Positions 23,517 through 31,941 of a stretch of 32,000 nucleotides of DNA are shown here, piece by piece. The position numbers were made by a program, and so were the translations under genes. The stretch's first letter is position 1. Each line of letters opens with the position of its first letter. Source of the stretch: Ferroglobus placidus DSM 10642 (GTDB taxonomy: Archaea > Halobacteriota > Archaeoglobi > Archaeoglobales > Archaeoglobaceae); contig NC_013849.1 of the NCBI RefSeq assembly GCF_000025505.1, positions 210,001 to 242,000 on the forward strand, written 5' to 3'. The notes beneath the pieces are model-generated. The model made no database searches and was not told the origin of the DNA. It worked only from the letters and a program-made list of their open reading frames with translations.

Positions 23517-24527
23517 ATGGCAGCCGTAACAGGACAAGTTCCCCAGTGGAAAAGACAGGCTGTTGAGGAAATCAAAAATCTCCTTAAAAGTTATCCAGTC
23601 GTGGCTATAGTCGGATTTAGGGGAGTTCCTTCACCCCAGTTTCAAAAAATAAGAAGGGACTTCAGAGAATTTGCAAGAATAAGAGTGGTGAAGAACAGCC
23701 TCTTGGAGAGAGCCCTCGACGAACTTGGTGGAGACTACGTAAAACTGAAGGACTTCATAGAAGACCAGACAGCAATAGTAGTAAGCGAAATGAACCCCTT
23801 CAAACTCTACAAAAAGCTCGAAGAGACGAAGGTTCCTTCTCCGCTGAAACCGAATCAGGTTTCTCCAGTAGATGTCGTAGTTGAAGCAGGTCCGACGAAA
23901 TTCCCTCCCGGTCCGATACTCGGTGAACTTCAAGCTGGAGGAATTCCAGCGGCGATAGAAAGAGGCAAAGTTGTTGTCAAGAATACCGTTACCGTTGTCA
24001 GAGCTGGAGAAGTCGTTAGACCAGAAGTTGCGAGAGCCTTGCAGCTTCTCGACGTTAAACCGATAAAGATAGGTTTGGAAACGAGAGCAATAATGGAGAA
24101 GGGAATAATCTTTACTCCAGAAGATTTAGCAATAGACGAAGCGAAAGTCTTCGAAGAATTCGTTGATGCTGCAAGAAGAGCACTGAACTTGGCTGTTAAC
24201 GCCGCATACGTGACTGAAGAGACGGCTGAGATTTTACTGGCGAAGGCTTTCATCGACGCGAAGAACCTTGCCATCAACGCTCTGATATTCGAGAAGGACG
24301 TGATGCCAGAAATACTTGCAAAAGCGTATTCAGAAATGCTCGCTCTTGCTTCTCTCCTGCCTGAAGATGCCCTCGACGAAGAGCTGAAGAAGCTTTTGGA
24401 AGGCAGAAAAGTTGAAGTTAAGGAAGAAGTGAAGGAAGAGAAGAAGGAGGAAGAGGAGAAGGAAGAGGAGGAAGAGGAAAAAGCTGAGGAGGAGGCTCTC
24501 GAAGGTTTAGGTGCTTTGTTTGGTTGA
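23517..24527 (+). CDS. rplP0: 50S ribosomal stalk protein P0 (uL10)
   Basis: 336 aa. The N-terminus reads PQWKRQAVEEIKNLL...VVAIVGFRGVPSPQFQKIRR. It has an acidic K/E tail ending [12 protein letters not shown]. Confidence 0.95.
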   Translation: MAAVTGQVPQWKRQAVEEIKNLLKSYPVVAIVGFRGVPSPQFQKIRRDFREFARIRVVKNSLLERALDELGGDYVKLKDFIEDQTAIVVSEMNPFKLYKKLEETKVPSPLKPNQVSPVDVVVEAGPTKFPPGPILGELQAGGIPAAIERGKVVVKNTVTVVRAGEVVRPEVARALQLLDVKPIKIGLETRAIMEKGIIFTPEDLAIDEAKVFEEFVDAARRALNLAVNAAYVTEETAEILLAKAFIDAKNLAINALIFEKDVMPEILAKAYSEMLALASLLPEDALDEELKKLLEGRKVEVKEEVKEEKKEEEEKEEEEEEKAEEEALEGLGALFG

Positions 24528-24545
24528 GAGGTGAGGTGAATGGGA

Positions 24546-24860
24546 ATGGAGTATGTGTATGCTGCTTTGCTGCTGCATTCAGCTGGAAAGGAGATAAACG
24601 AGGAGAACGTTAAGGCTGTACTCGAAGCTGCTGGAATAGAGGTGAACGAAGCGAGAGTCAAGGCTCTCGTGACCGCTTTGGAGGGCATAAACATAGACGA
24701 GGCTATAAGCAAAGCCGCTTTCGTAGCCGCTCCGGCAGCGGCTCCAGCTGCTCCAGCTGAGGAGGCTAAGGAAGAGGAGAAGAAGGAAGAGAAGAAAGAG
24801 GAAGAGGAAGAAGTGAAGGAGGAAGAGGTCCTCGAAGGACTCGGAGCACTCTTCGGATGA
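24546..24860 (+). CDS. rpl12: 50S ribosomal stalk protein P1 (aL12)
   Basis: It starts [30 protein letters not shown], has an Ala/Pro hinge and an acidic tail ending [12 protein letters not shown]. The track starts at ATG 24540. ATG 24546 has better spacing from GAGGTGAGGTGA. Confidence 0.9.
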   Translation: MEYVYAALLLHSAGKEINEENVKAVLEAAGIEVNEARVKALVTALEGINIDEAISKAAFVAAPAAAPAAPAEEAKEEEKKEEKKEEEEEVKEEEVLEGLGALFG

Positions 24861-25450
24861 AGAAAAAAGACCTTGAAATTTTTTTACAATCCCTTAAAGG
24901 TTTTAAAAATCCCAAAATTTTTCTTGAGCAATACGTAACTCCTCCAGCCCTCGTTGCGGAAATCGTTCTTTTCGCAAAAATGCAAAACGACCTCGATCTC
25001 GTTTTCGATCTCGGATGCGGAACGGGAATTATCTCAATAGCTTCCGCGTTACTCGGAGCTTTTTCCATCGGCGTGGATGTTGACAGGGAAGCTTTAAGCG
25101 TTGCAAGGGAGAATTCGAAGACGTGCGGAGTTCCGGTGGATTTCGTTTTATGCGATGTGGAAAATTTCAACGCGAAGAAGAAAGGAACCGTGATAATGAA
25201 CCCTCCCTTCGGAATTCAGAGAAGACATGCAGATAGAAAATTCCTCATGAAAGCTTTCGAAATAGCGGAAGTTATTTACACGATACACTCAGCCGGGAGT
25301 GAAGAGTTCGTGAAGAAGAAAGCTGAAGAAAACGGGTTTAAAGTTACCCACGTGTGGAAGTATTCGATACCGCTGAAAAGAACCTACGCTTTCCACGAAA
25401 AACCATATAAATACATACCTGTAGAAGTTTTTAGAATTGAGAGGTGTTAA
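24857..25450 (+). CDS. METTL5-like (COG2263) class I SAM-dependent N6-adenine RNA methyltransferase
   Basis: It has SAM motif I ([11 protein letters not shown]) and the catalytic NPPFG motif (VIMNPPFG). ATG 24857 overlaps the P1 stop (ATGA). Confidence 0.7.
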   Translation: MKKKDLEIFLQSLKGFKNPKIFLEQYVTPPALVAEIVLFAKMQNDLDLVFDLGCGTGIISIASALLGAFSIGVDVDREALSVARENSKTCGVPVDFVLCDVENFNAKKKGTVIMNPPFGIQRRHADRKFLMKAFEIAEVIYTIHSAGSEEFVKKKAEENGFKVTHVWKYSIPLKRTYAFHEKPYKYIPVEVFRIERC

Positions 25451-25451
25451 A

Positions 25452-25991
25452 ATGAGAGCATTTCCCGGAGATTATCTCGGATGTAGCGAGGAATTTTTAG
25501 CTGGAGAAGGAGTTTACGAAGAAGACGGAAAAATTTACGCAGCCGTAGCCGGAAAGGTTGTCGTAAAAGATAGAAAGATTTCGATAAAACCGGAAAAGGA
25601 GATTCCAAAAATAGAGAAGGGTGACGAAGTTATAGGGAAAGTTGTAGATGTGAAGAAAAAGTTCGCCCTCGTTGAGTTGTTAAAAAAGGTTAACATGAAC
25701 AGGTCTCCTCCTTACTACGATTTGGCTTTGCTTCCAGCTTCGGAAATTTCGGAAAAATTTGTTGAAGACGTAAGCGAGTTTTTGAGCCACGAAGACATAA
25801 TCCTCGGCAGAGTTATAGACGAAAATCTGCGAATTTCGATTAAAGGGAAAAATTACGGAGTTATAAGCACGAAGTGCTCCTGCGGCGGAGAGCTAATTCT
25901 TGAAGAGGATAAGCTTAAATGTAGTAAGTGCGGCAAAACAAACAGGAAGAAGATTTCAAGCTACTACGGAGGTGCGTTCGAATGGAGATAA
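25452..25991 (+). CDS. csl4: exosome complex RNA-binding subunit Csl4
   Basis: The sequence PGDYLGCSEEFLAGEGVYEEDGKIYAAVAGKV is followed by an S1-like region and a C-terminal Zn-ribbon (CSCGG...CSKCG). ATG 25452 is preceded by GAGGTG. The track's TTG 25437 start is less likely. Confidence 0.8.
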   Translation: MRAFPGDYLGCSEEFLAGEGVYEEDGKIYAAVAGKVVVKDRKISIKPEKEIPKIEKGDEVIGKVVDVKKKFALVELLKKVNMNRSPPYYDLALLPASEISEKFVEDVSEFLSHEDIILGRVIDENLRISIKGKNYGVISTKCSCGGELILEEDKLKCSKCGKTNRKKISSYYGGAFEWR

Positions 25992-26242
25992 AAATAACCG
26001 AAATGAGCGAAAATTTCGTTAAACTCGTGATCAAGGGGGAAGATCACACGTATTTGAATCTTCTCCAGCACGAGCTCCTTAAAGATGATGACGTAATCTT
26101 GGCGAAATACCACATACCCCACCCCTACGTTGGCGAGCCAGAGCTTGTCGTCAGAACTAAAAGCAAGAATCCTATTCAGGCGATAAAGGAGGCTAACGAA
26201 AGGATAGTAAAGAAAATAGACGAGGTTCTGTCTCAGATCTGA
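25982..26242 (+). CDS. rpoL: DNA-directed RNA polymerase subunit L (Rpo11)
   Basis: The sequence MEIKITEMSENFVKLVIKGEDHTYLNLLQHELLKDDDVILAKYHIPHP shows the EDHT..N.L motif typical of Rpo11. The start is set at internal ATG 25982, which overlaps the csl4 end by 10 nt. Confidence 0.8.
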   Translation: MEIKITEMSENFVKLVIKGEDHTYLNLLQHELLKDDDVILAKYHIPHPYVGEPELVVRTKSKNPIQAIKEANERIVKKIDEVLSQI

Positions 26243-26811
26243 ATTTTTAAAGCGTAAAGCTCCTCAAAAAACAGCTTTCTTTTCTTTACAACCTCGAATT
26301 TATAGCCGAGTTTTTCAATTTCCTCCTTAAGCCTTTCGAAGTTGTGGGAAGAGGAGATCAGAATTATCCTCCCATTTTCTTTAAGCTTTTCCTTGGCTTG
26401 CTTAAGAAATTCTACAGAGACTTCTATTCCCCCTCTCCCACCATCTATAGCTTTCTCCAGCCAATCTCCTACTTTTTCCTCCTCTTCGAGTTCCAAGTAC
26501 GGGGGGTTGAATAGAATGAGAGTAAATTTCCCTTTTATTCCTCTGAAAAGGTCGGCTATGACGACTTCAAGCCCCTTCTCCTTGCACATCTTCGCAGCGT
26601 GAGGGTTTATGTCGGTAGCAAGGAGAAACTTGCACTTCCCCTTTAATTTTTCCGAAACGAATCCGCTACCGGCCCCTATTTCTATTACAACGTCCTCCTC
26701 TTTAACTTCTTCCATAGCAGCTTCAAGCAAAAGCTCCGAATCCTCAGCTACTTCATAAACTGTCGGCAATCTCCGCAAAAACTTCTGGCGGAATTTTTTC
26801 CGGTCTTTCAT
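26233..26811 (-). CDS. Mtq2/HemK-like (N6AMT1 family) protein-glutamine methyltransferase
   Basis: It shows VYEVAEDSELLLEA, SAM motif IEIGAGSG and the catalytic NPPY motif (ILFNPPYLE). The track's N-terminal extension to 26940 overlaps ksgA and is discarded. ATG 26811 is used, although a downstream TTG start is also possible. Confidence 0.65.
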   Translation of the reverse strand: MKDRKKFRQKFLRRLPTVYEVAEDSELLLEAAMEEVKEEDVVIEIGAGSGFVSEKLKGKCKFLLATDINPHAAKMCKEKGLEVVIADLFRGIKGKFTLILFNPPYLELEEEEKVGDWLEKAIDGGRGGIEVSVEFLKQAKEKLKENGRIILISSSHNFERLKEEIEKLGYKFEVVKKRKLFFEELYALKIQI

Positions 26812-27499
26812 CCCCGTACCCCATGTCGCTAACTCTAACTTTTCTTTTCTCGCACCACTCCTCAAGAATCTTCGAGAACTTCTTCCTCCTCCTCGAAAAA
26901 ACGAAGGTAACGAGATCCTCGAAAACCTCAAGGTTCTCAACCTTAATCTCGGGCTCGTGAACGATTTTTACTATCGCCGCGTCAACCTTCGGCACCGGCT
27001 TAAAGGCGTATCTCGGAATTATGTCGACTATCTCAGCTTTACAGTAAGCTTTTGCTATAACGCTGAGCCTTCCGTACTTTTTACTTCCCTCCCTAGCAAC
27101 GAGCCTTTCGGCAAATTCCTTCTGATAAGTTACGACGCTGAGCTTAAAGCCGTGTTTGAGAACTTTGAAGGTCAATGGAGAAGATATCGAGAAAGGTATA
27201 TTCGAAACGAACTTGTCGCATTCCGGAAATTCGACCTTTAAAGCGTCCCCTTCGATTATCTCAAGCTTCCCCTCTTCAATATAGCCGCTAAACTTCTTTT
27301 TTAAAAGCTCAACAAATCTCCTGTCCTTCTCTATTCCGTAAACCTTCTTAGCTTTTTTTAAGAGAAGAGACGTAAGATTTCCCGGACCGCAACCGACTTC
27401 TAAAACCACGTCATCTCTTACTTCGGCAACGCTAACGATCTTCTTCAAATACCTCTTGTCCTTGAGTATGTGCTGATCTCTACTTTTTAAAAGCTTCAT
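26753..27499 (-). CDS. ksgA: 16S rRNA (adenine1518/1519-N6)-dimethyltransferase KsgA/Dim1
   Basis: It shows QHILKDKRYLKKIV, VLEVGCGPGNLT and SNIPFSISSP motifs. Its ATG overlaps the upstream stop (ATGA at 27496-27499). Confidence 0.9.
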   Translation of the reverse strand: MKLLKSRDQHILKDKRYLKKIVSVAEVRDDVVLEVGCGPGNLTSLLLKKAKKVYGIEKDRRFVELLKKKFSGYIEEGKLEIIEGDALKVEFPECDKFVSNIPFSISSPLTFKVLKHGFKLSVVTYQKEFAERLVAREGSKKYGRLSVIAKAYCKAEIVDIIPRYAFKPVPKVDAAIVKIVHEPEIKVENLEVFEDLVTFVFSRRRKKFSKILEEWCEKRKVRVSDMGYGDERPEKIPPEVFAEIADSL

Positions 27500-28074
27500 G
27501 CGGTAAACAGCTTATATTTTTCTCTCGGATTCTGAAGTTCGTGGATGATTCTATTGACTATGCACTTCTCGGGATGAGACAAACCCTTCACCCTCTTCGC
27601 TATGTCCTCAAAACTTTTAAACGGCTCTTTCTTTCTCTCCTCCAGTATAGCCCACATAGTTTTCTTCCCAATTCCCGGAAGTAGTTCGAGTTGGTGGAGT
27701 TTCGTCGTTATCGGTGAAGCTTCGTTGAAGAACTTCACGAAGCGCTCCTCCTGATCCTTGACTATTTTTTCAATCACGTAAGGCAACTCAGCTTTTGCCG
27801 TAGGAGTTAGATCTTCGTACCTCAGCCTTCTCTTTATCCTGTCAACAACATCTCTCTCCCCTTTCCCTATGTAGACTCTATCCATTATCAGAGGGTTTTG
27901 CCCCTTTTTTATGCTGACCTCAAGAAGAGTGAAGTACTTTTCACCAACAACCTGAGCTAAAGGCTCCCTTTTGTGAATCGGTCTTTTATCATCGGGGTGA
28001 CCGTAAGGAAGGAAATCGAGAACGTAAGCGTAATCCTCGTACCTCTCTTCCTTCCTATCCTTACCTCTAACCAT
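27496..28074 (-). CDS. DUF655/COG1491 family OB-fold plus HhH nucleic-acid-binding protein
   Basis: It shows EDYAYVLDFLPYGHPDD...HQLELLPGIGKKTMWAILEER. It sits between rpoF and ksgA, which is the conserved archaeal position for this family. Confidence 0.75.
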   Translation of the reverse strand: MVRGKDRKEERYEDYAYVLDFLPYGHPDDKRPIHKREPLAQVVGEKYFTLLEVSIKKGQNPLIMDRVYIGKGERDVVDRIKRRLRYEDLTPTAKAELPYVIEKIVKDQEERFVKFFNEASPITTKLHQLELLPGIGKKTMWAILEERKKEPFKSFEDIAKRVKGLSHPEKCIVNRIIHELQNPREKYKLFTA

Positions 28075-28118
28075 AGCAATCGACCCTAAAATAGGTTTGA
28101 AACTATTTAATTTTTTCT

Positions 28119-28484
28119 TTAAATTCGGTATTTGTTAACGACTTCGAGAATCTCTCGTATCTGCTCTTCGGTCAGCGTATATCTTTCCTTGGCGTAGATT
28201 ATTCTAACCTCATCGGGAATTCTCGGCATTATATCCGCTATTTTCACAGCCAGCTCCTTTTTCCCGTAAAGCTGAGGAAGCTTTAACAACTCTTCCACGA
28301 GCTCTTTTGCTTTATCAGCTGGAAGCTTCGAAAAAGTTCTAAGGTATTTAAGGGTCTTCCTCGTTTCGTAAAGAATCTCAGCCTTCTCCCTCCTCTTTTC
28401 GACTATCTTCTCAAGAATTTCTCTCGCCTCAGAGATGGTTATATAGTCAAAATCCAAAACCTCTTTAAACGGCATTTGATCCAC
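28119..28484 (-). CDS. rpoF: DNA-directed RNA polymerase subunit F (Rpo4)
   Basis: About 120 aa, helical, directly downstream of L21e, which is the conserved context. The start is either GTG 28484 or ATG 28475. Confidence 0.7.
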   Translation of the reverse strand: MDQMPFKEVLDFDYITISEAREILEKIVEKRREKAEILYETRKTLKYLRTFSKLPADKAKELVEELLKLPQLYGKKELAVKIADIMPRIPDEVRIIYAKERYTLTEEQIREILEVVNKYRI

Positions 28485-28770
28485 CCTGAGGCTTCAAATG
28501 TTCAGGACGGGCAAAAACAATCTTTTTCTTACCTCCGTCGGTTACCTCTACGAGATAAGCTCTTCCTCTTACTCCAACAACCCTTCCAGTCCTTCCCTGA
28601 AATCTCGGGTGAGGCATTCCTTTGTGTACAGCCGGATCTATGTCTATGTGTACTATCTGACCGATTTCAAACGTCTGAAGAGCTCTTCTAATCTTAATTC
28701 CCTTTTCCCTCACTTTTTTTCTGAGCTTTCTCCCGGACTTGAACCTGAAACCGTGAGATTTCCAGCCCAT
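28465..28770 (-). CDS. rpl21e: 50S ribosomal protein L21e
   Basis: The sequence reads MGWKSHGFRFKSGRKLRKKVREKG...HPRFQGRTGRVVGVRGRAYLVEV. Confidence 0.9.
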   Translation of the reverse strand: MGWKSHGFRFKSGRKLRKKVREKGIKIRRALQTFEIGQIVHIDIDPAVHKGMPHPRFQGRTGRVVGVRGRAYLVEVTDGGKKKIVFARPEHLKPQGGSNAV

Positions 28771-28791
28771 TCTTATCCCCCACGTTAGGTT

Positions 28792-29460
28792 TTATTCTCT
28801 GTTGATAAACTTATCTACGTAGACCTCAAGCATCTTTTCCACGTGGATCTTTGCGGAATCAAATAACTCTACATTTAAATCTTTCTGAGAGATAGCTAAA
28901 GGTAGCTCGGTGCATCCGAGAACGACTCCGTCTACAAATCTTTCGTACTTCTTAATTACCTCCAAGAGCTTGTCCTTCTCAAATTTTCCGAGAACGAGTT
29001 CCTCCATTATCACCCTGTGAACAACTTCCCTATCCTCCTCTTCTGGAACTATGATTTCTCCACCGTACTTTTCGAAAGCTCTCTGATAGAAATCGCTTTC
29101 CATCGTCTTTTTCGTTCCGAGCAAAAGGAATTTTCCTTTTCCAGCTTTCTCAGCCACAGCTTCCACTATGCTAACGAGTTCAAAGCTAACAGCCTTTTTT
29201 AGCTCATCGAAGAACATGTGAGGTGTGTTCGAAGCTATTCCCCCCACTTTCACTCCAGCCTCGTCAAGCTTTTTCAAAGCTTTAACGAGCAACCTCTTTC
29301 TCTCCTCGCTACTTCCTTCTACAAACTCCTTGAAGTTCAAGCTGTAAATTAAAATCTCCGGGTAGAAGTATTTCGGAAATCTTTTCCTCGATTCCTCGAT
29401 GAAGAGTCGGTAGTAATAAGCTGTCGCTTCCGGACTCAATCCTCCTACGATTCCAATCAT
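28792..29460 (-). CDS. aspartate/glutamate-family amino-acid racemase (aspartate racemase-like)
   Basis: It has the MIGIVGGLSPEAT N-terminus, a first catalytic region (IASNTPH; the usual Cys is not obvious) and a second catalytic Cys (VVLGCTELPL). The start is set at ATG 29460 rather than the track's TTG 29466. Confidence 0.75.
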   Translation of the reverse strand: MIGIVGGLSPEATAYYYRLFIEESRKRFPKYFYPEILIYSLNFKEFVEGSSEERKRLLVKALKKLDEAGVKVGGIASNTPHMFFDELKKAVSFELVSIVEAVAEKAGKGKFLLLGTKKTMESDFYQRAFEKYGGEIIVPEEEDREVVHRVIMEELVLGKFEKDKLLEVIKKYERFVDGVVLGCTELPLAISQKDLNVELFDSAKIHVEKMLEVYVDKFINRE

Positions 29461-29497
29461 AGGCAAAGTTTTTTGAGTCAGCTAAATAGTTTTCCCC

Positions 29498-30322
29498 ATG
29501 AAGCTCGTGGTGTTCAGCAAAAAAGATCCCGCAAGCCAGAACATAAAAAATTTCATATTCACGGAATTTTCCGCTGAGGAAAAGAAGGTGGAAGATTTCA
29601 CAATTTACGATTTCGGCGAGTTCTTAGGGGTTGAGATCGAGGAAAGGCTAATCTACGCTGACTTCCTCGATGAGAAGCTTTCAAAATTCTTAAGCTTTGA
29701 GGAAATGATTTTCGCTTCGAGACACAGCAGCAAGGACGGGAGAAAAATACTCACCGCCCACTTCACTGGCAACCTTGAAAGAGCTGATTACGGGGGAAAA
29801 GCTTACAGCTTAGCAAAACCTTCCCCGGACACGCTGAAAAATTACGTCCTCAACTTAGAGCTGCCGGAGGGTTTTGAATTTTCTTTAGAAGCCACCCACC
29901 ACGGACCTTCGGAAATTAAAAAGAAATCCCTCTTCGTTGAAATAGGATCGACCGAGGAGGAGTGGAAAAACGAGGAGGCTGGAGAAGCTGTCGGAAGGGC
30001 GATAATCGAGGCGGTAAAATCCGAAAGTAAGTGGAAGAAAGCGATAAGCGTTGGAGGAACGCACTACGCTCCGAGACAAACGGAAATAGTTCTCGAAACA
30101 ACCGTGACTTTCGGACACATCTTCGCAAAATACACCTTCGAATCGCTAACGCCGGAATTTCTCGTCAAAGCTTTTGAGCTGAGCGAAGCTGAATTTATTG
30201 TTATAGACGAGAAGTCAGTGAATGCGAAAGTGAAGGAGAAAATCTTTTCGGCAGCTCAAAGGATTGAAGCGGAGGTTTTGAAAAGTAAGGAAGTTAAGAG
30301 GAATTTCAGACTTTCCAAATAG
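29498..30322 (+). CDS. dtdA: archaeal-type D-aminoacyl-tRNA deacylase (DTD2/DtdA, GEK1 family)
   Basis: 274 aa with an MKLVVFSKKDPASQNI N-terminus and SRHSSK, HFTGN, EATHHGP and GGTHYAPR motifs, as recalled for DTD2. Confidence 0.75.
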   Translation: MKLVVFSKKDPASQNIKNFIFTEFSAEEKKVEDFTIYDFGEFLGVEIEERLIYADFLDEKLSKFLSFEEMIFASRHSSKDGRKILTAHFTGNLERADYGGKAYSLAKPSPDTLKNYVLNLELPEGFEFSLEATHHGPSEIKKKSLFVEIGSTEEEWKNEEAGEAVGRAIIEAVKSESKWKKAISVGGTHYAPRQTEIVLETTVTFGHIFAKYTFESLTPEFLVKAFELSEAEFIVIDEKSVNAKVKEKIFSAAQRIEAEVLKSKEVKRNFRLSK

Positions 30323-30353
30323 CTTATTATAGTTATATTCTTAACACACATAA

Positions 30354-31941
30354 ATGCTTGCGAAGAGAGTACTATTAATCGGAGGAGGAATACTGCTGGT
30401 TTCTATTCTTGCCATTCATTTAATTATCGGTGCCGTTGCTTTCGACACGGCAGATAAAATAGATGTCGCAATCGCAAAAGAAGAGGTTGAAAAAGCAAAT
30501 ACCTCTCTGAATTATATCTTAGAGAACATAGACAGATTTTGCTCGGATTGGGCAGAATGGGACGACACCTACGAATTTATTTTAAACAATAAATGAGGAA
30601 TATTTGAGATCAAACTGGGTTAACGAAACTTATCCAACTTTAGGAATAAACTACGCGATATATTTCGACAAGAGGGGAAACGTGGTCTTTGCGGGAGGCT
30701 ATAACCTTCTGGAAGATGAACCAATGAAAGTTCCACCCAGCATTATCGCTGAATTCAGATATCTCCTTGCTAAAAGCGACGAAGACGTAAAGAAGGGCTT
30801 TCTGAGAATAAACGATGAAATTCTTATATTTTCTTCGAGACCGATACTACACAGCAATGAAACCGGACCGTTTGTTGGAACGCTGATATTTGCGAGAGTT
30901 CTGGATGAAGAGATAATCAATGCGGTTCGAGAGATTTCTGGAATCAATGTCTCTATCTCGTTGACTGCTAAAAATAATACTGAGACTACACAGAAATTCG
31001 TAATGGCTACTTATCCTTTAAAAGACTACAGGGGTGAGCAGATAGCGAGCATAGTAGTGTTGAAGGATAGAATTGCCAGAAATATCCTCTATCAGTTTTA
31101 CTTACCCTTCGCATTATCTGCTGGAGTGGTCGGAGGGATAGTCATTCTTAGCTATCTTGTTTTTGTTAAAAAATACGTTGTCAAGAGACTTGAAAATGTT
31201 ACGAGCACTCTGCAAGACATTACTTTGAAAGAGGATTTCGAGAGAAGAGTTTCCGATACTGGCGACGACGAAATAGCTGTGCTGAGTAGGAACATTAACG
31301 TTCTACTCGACAAAATCTCAAAAAATTTAAAGGAAATCAAGAGTTTGAACGACGATTTAAGGCTAATTAATAGAATAATGCGGCATGACATTTTGAATTC
31401 TCTGACAGCGATTCAGTTTTATGCCGACCTTCTGGAGGAAGAGTATAAGAAGGATTACGTAGGGAAAATTAAAGAGAGCACAGAAAAAATTGTTGATCTT
31501 ATAAAGAGAATTAGAGTTTTCGAACTTTCCTTAGAAAAAGGAATTAAAATGAAACCTGTGGATTTGGAAGAGATAATTCTCGAACTTTCCAAAGAGTACG
31601 GGGTTGAAGCTGTTGTTAAGGGAGATCTTAAGGTTTTAGCCGACGACTCTATCAAAAATGTCTTCGACAACCTCATATCGAACTCCGTAAAACATGGAAG
31701 AGCAAAAAGAATTTTTGTTGAAGGCAAGAGAGAAGGGGATTTTGCGATTATAACTTTCTACGACGATGGAATCGGAATTAGGGAAGATATAGCGGATAAA
31801 ATATTCGAAGAGGGTGTAACCACTGGAGGAAGTGGTTTAGGGCTCTACATAGCTAAAAGAATCCTTGAAAAATACGGTGGGGAGATAACATTAGCGGATC
31901 GAAAACAAGCTAAGTTCCTAATAAAATTAAAGGCATCGTAA
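30354..31941 (+). pseudogene. CHASE4-HAMP-HisKA-HATPase sensor histidine kinase interrupted by a 1-nt frameshift near 30585-30596
   Basis: ORF1 (30354-30596) has TM1 and the CHASE4 start, ending ...DWAEWDDTYEFILNNK and then a stop. The next frame continues NEEYLRSNWVNETYPTLGINYAIYFDKRGNVV. After that come TM2, a HAMP-like linker, the H-box (RIMRHDILNSL), the N-box (DNLISNSVKHG), G1 (DDGIGI) and G2 (GGSGLGLYIAKRI). Confidence 0.75.

Noticed and set aside
23930-24712. A 260-aa minus-strand ORF opposite the P0/P1 genes.
   Set aside because: It is a Ser/Ala/Phe-rich shadow of the highly expressed ribosomal stalk genes, produced by their K/E/A codon bias.
24400-24840. Repetitive GAAGAG/GAGGAA/AAGGAA tracts that look like tandem repeats.
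   Set aside because: They encode the conserved acidic K/E-rich tails of the P0 and P1 stalk proteins, both ending in LEGLGALFG. They are not noncoding repeats or a CRISPR array.
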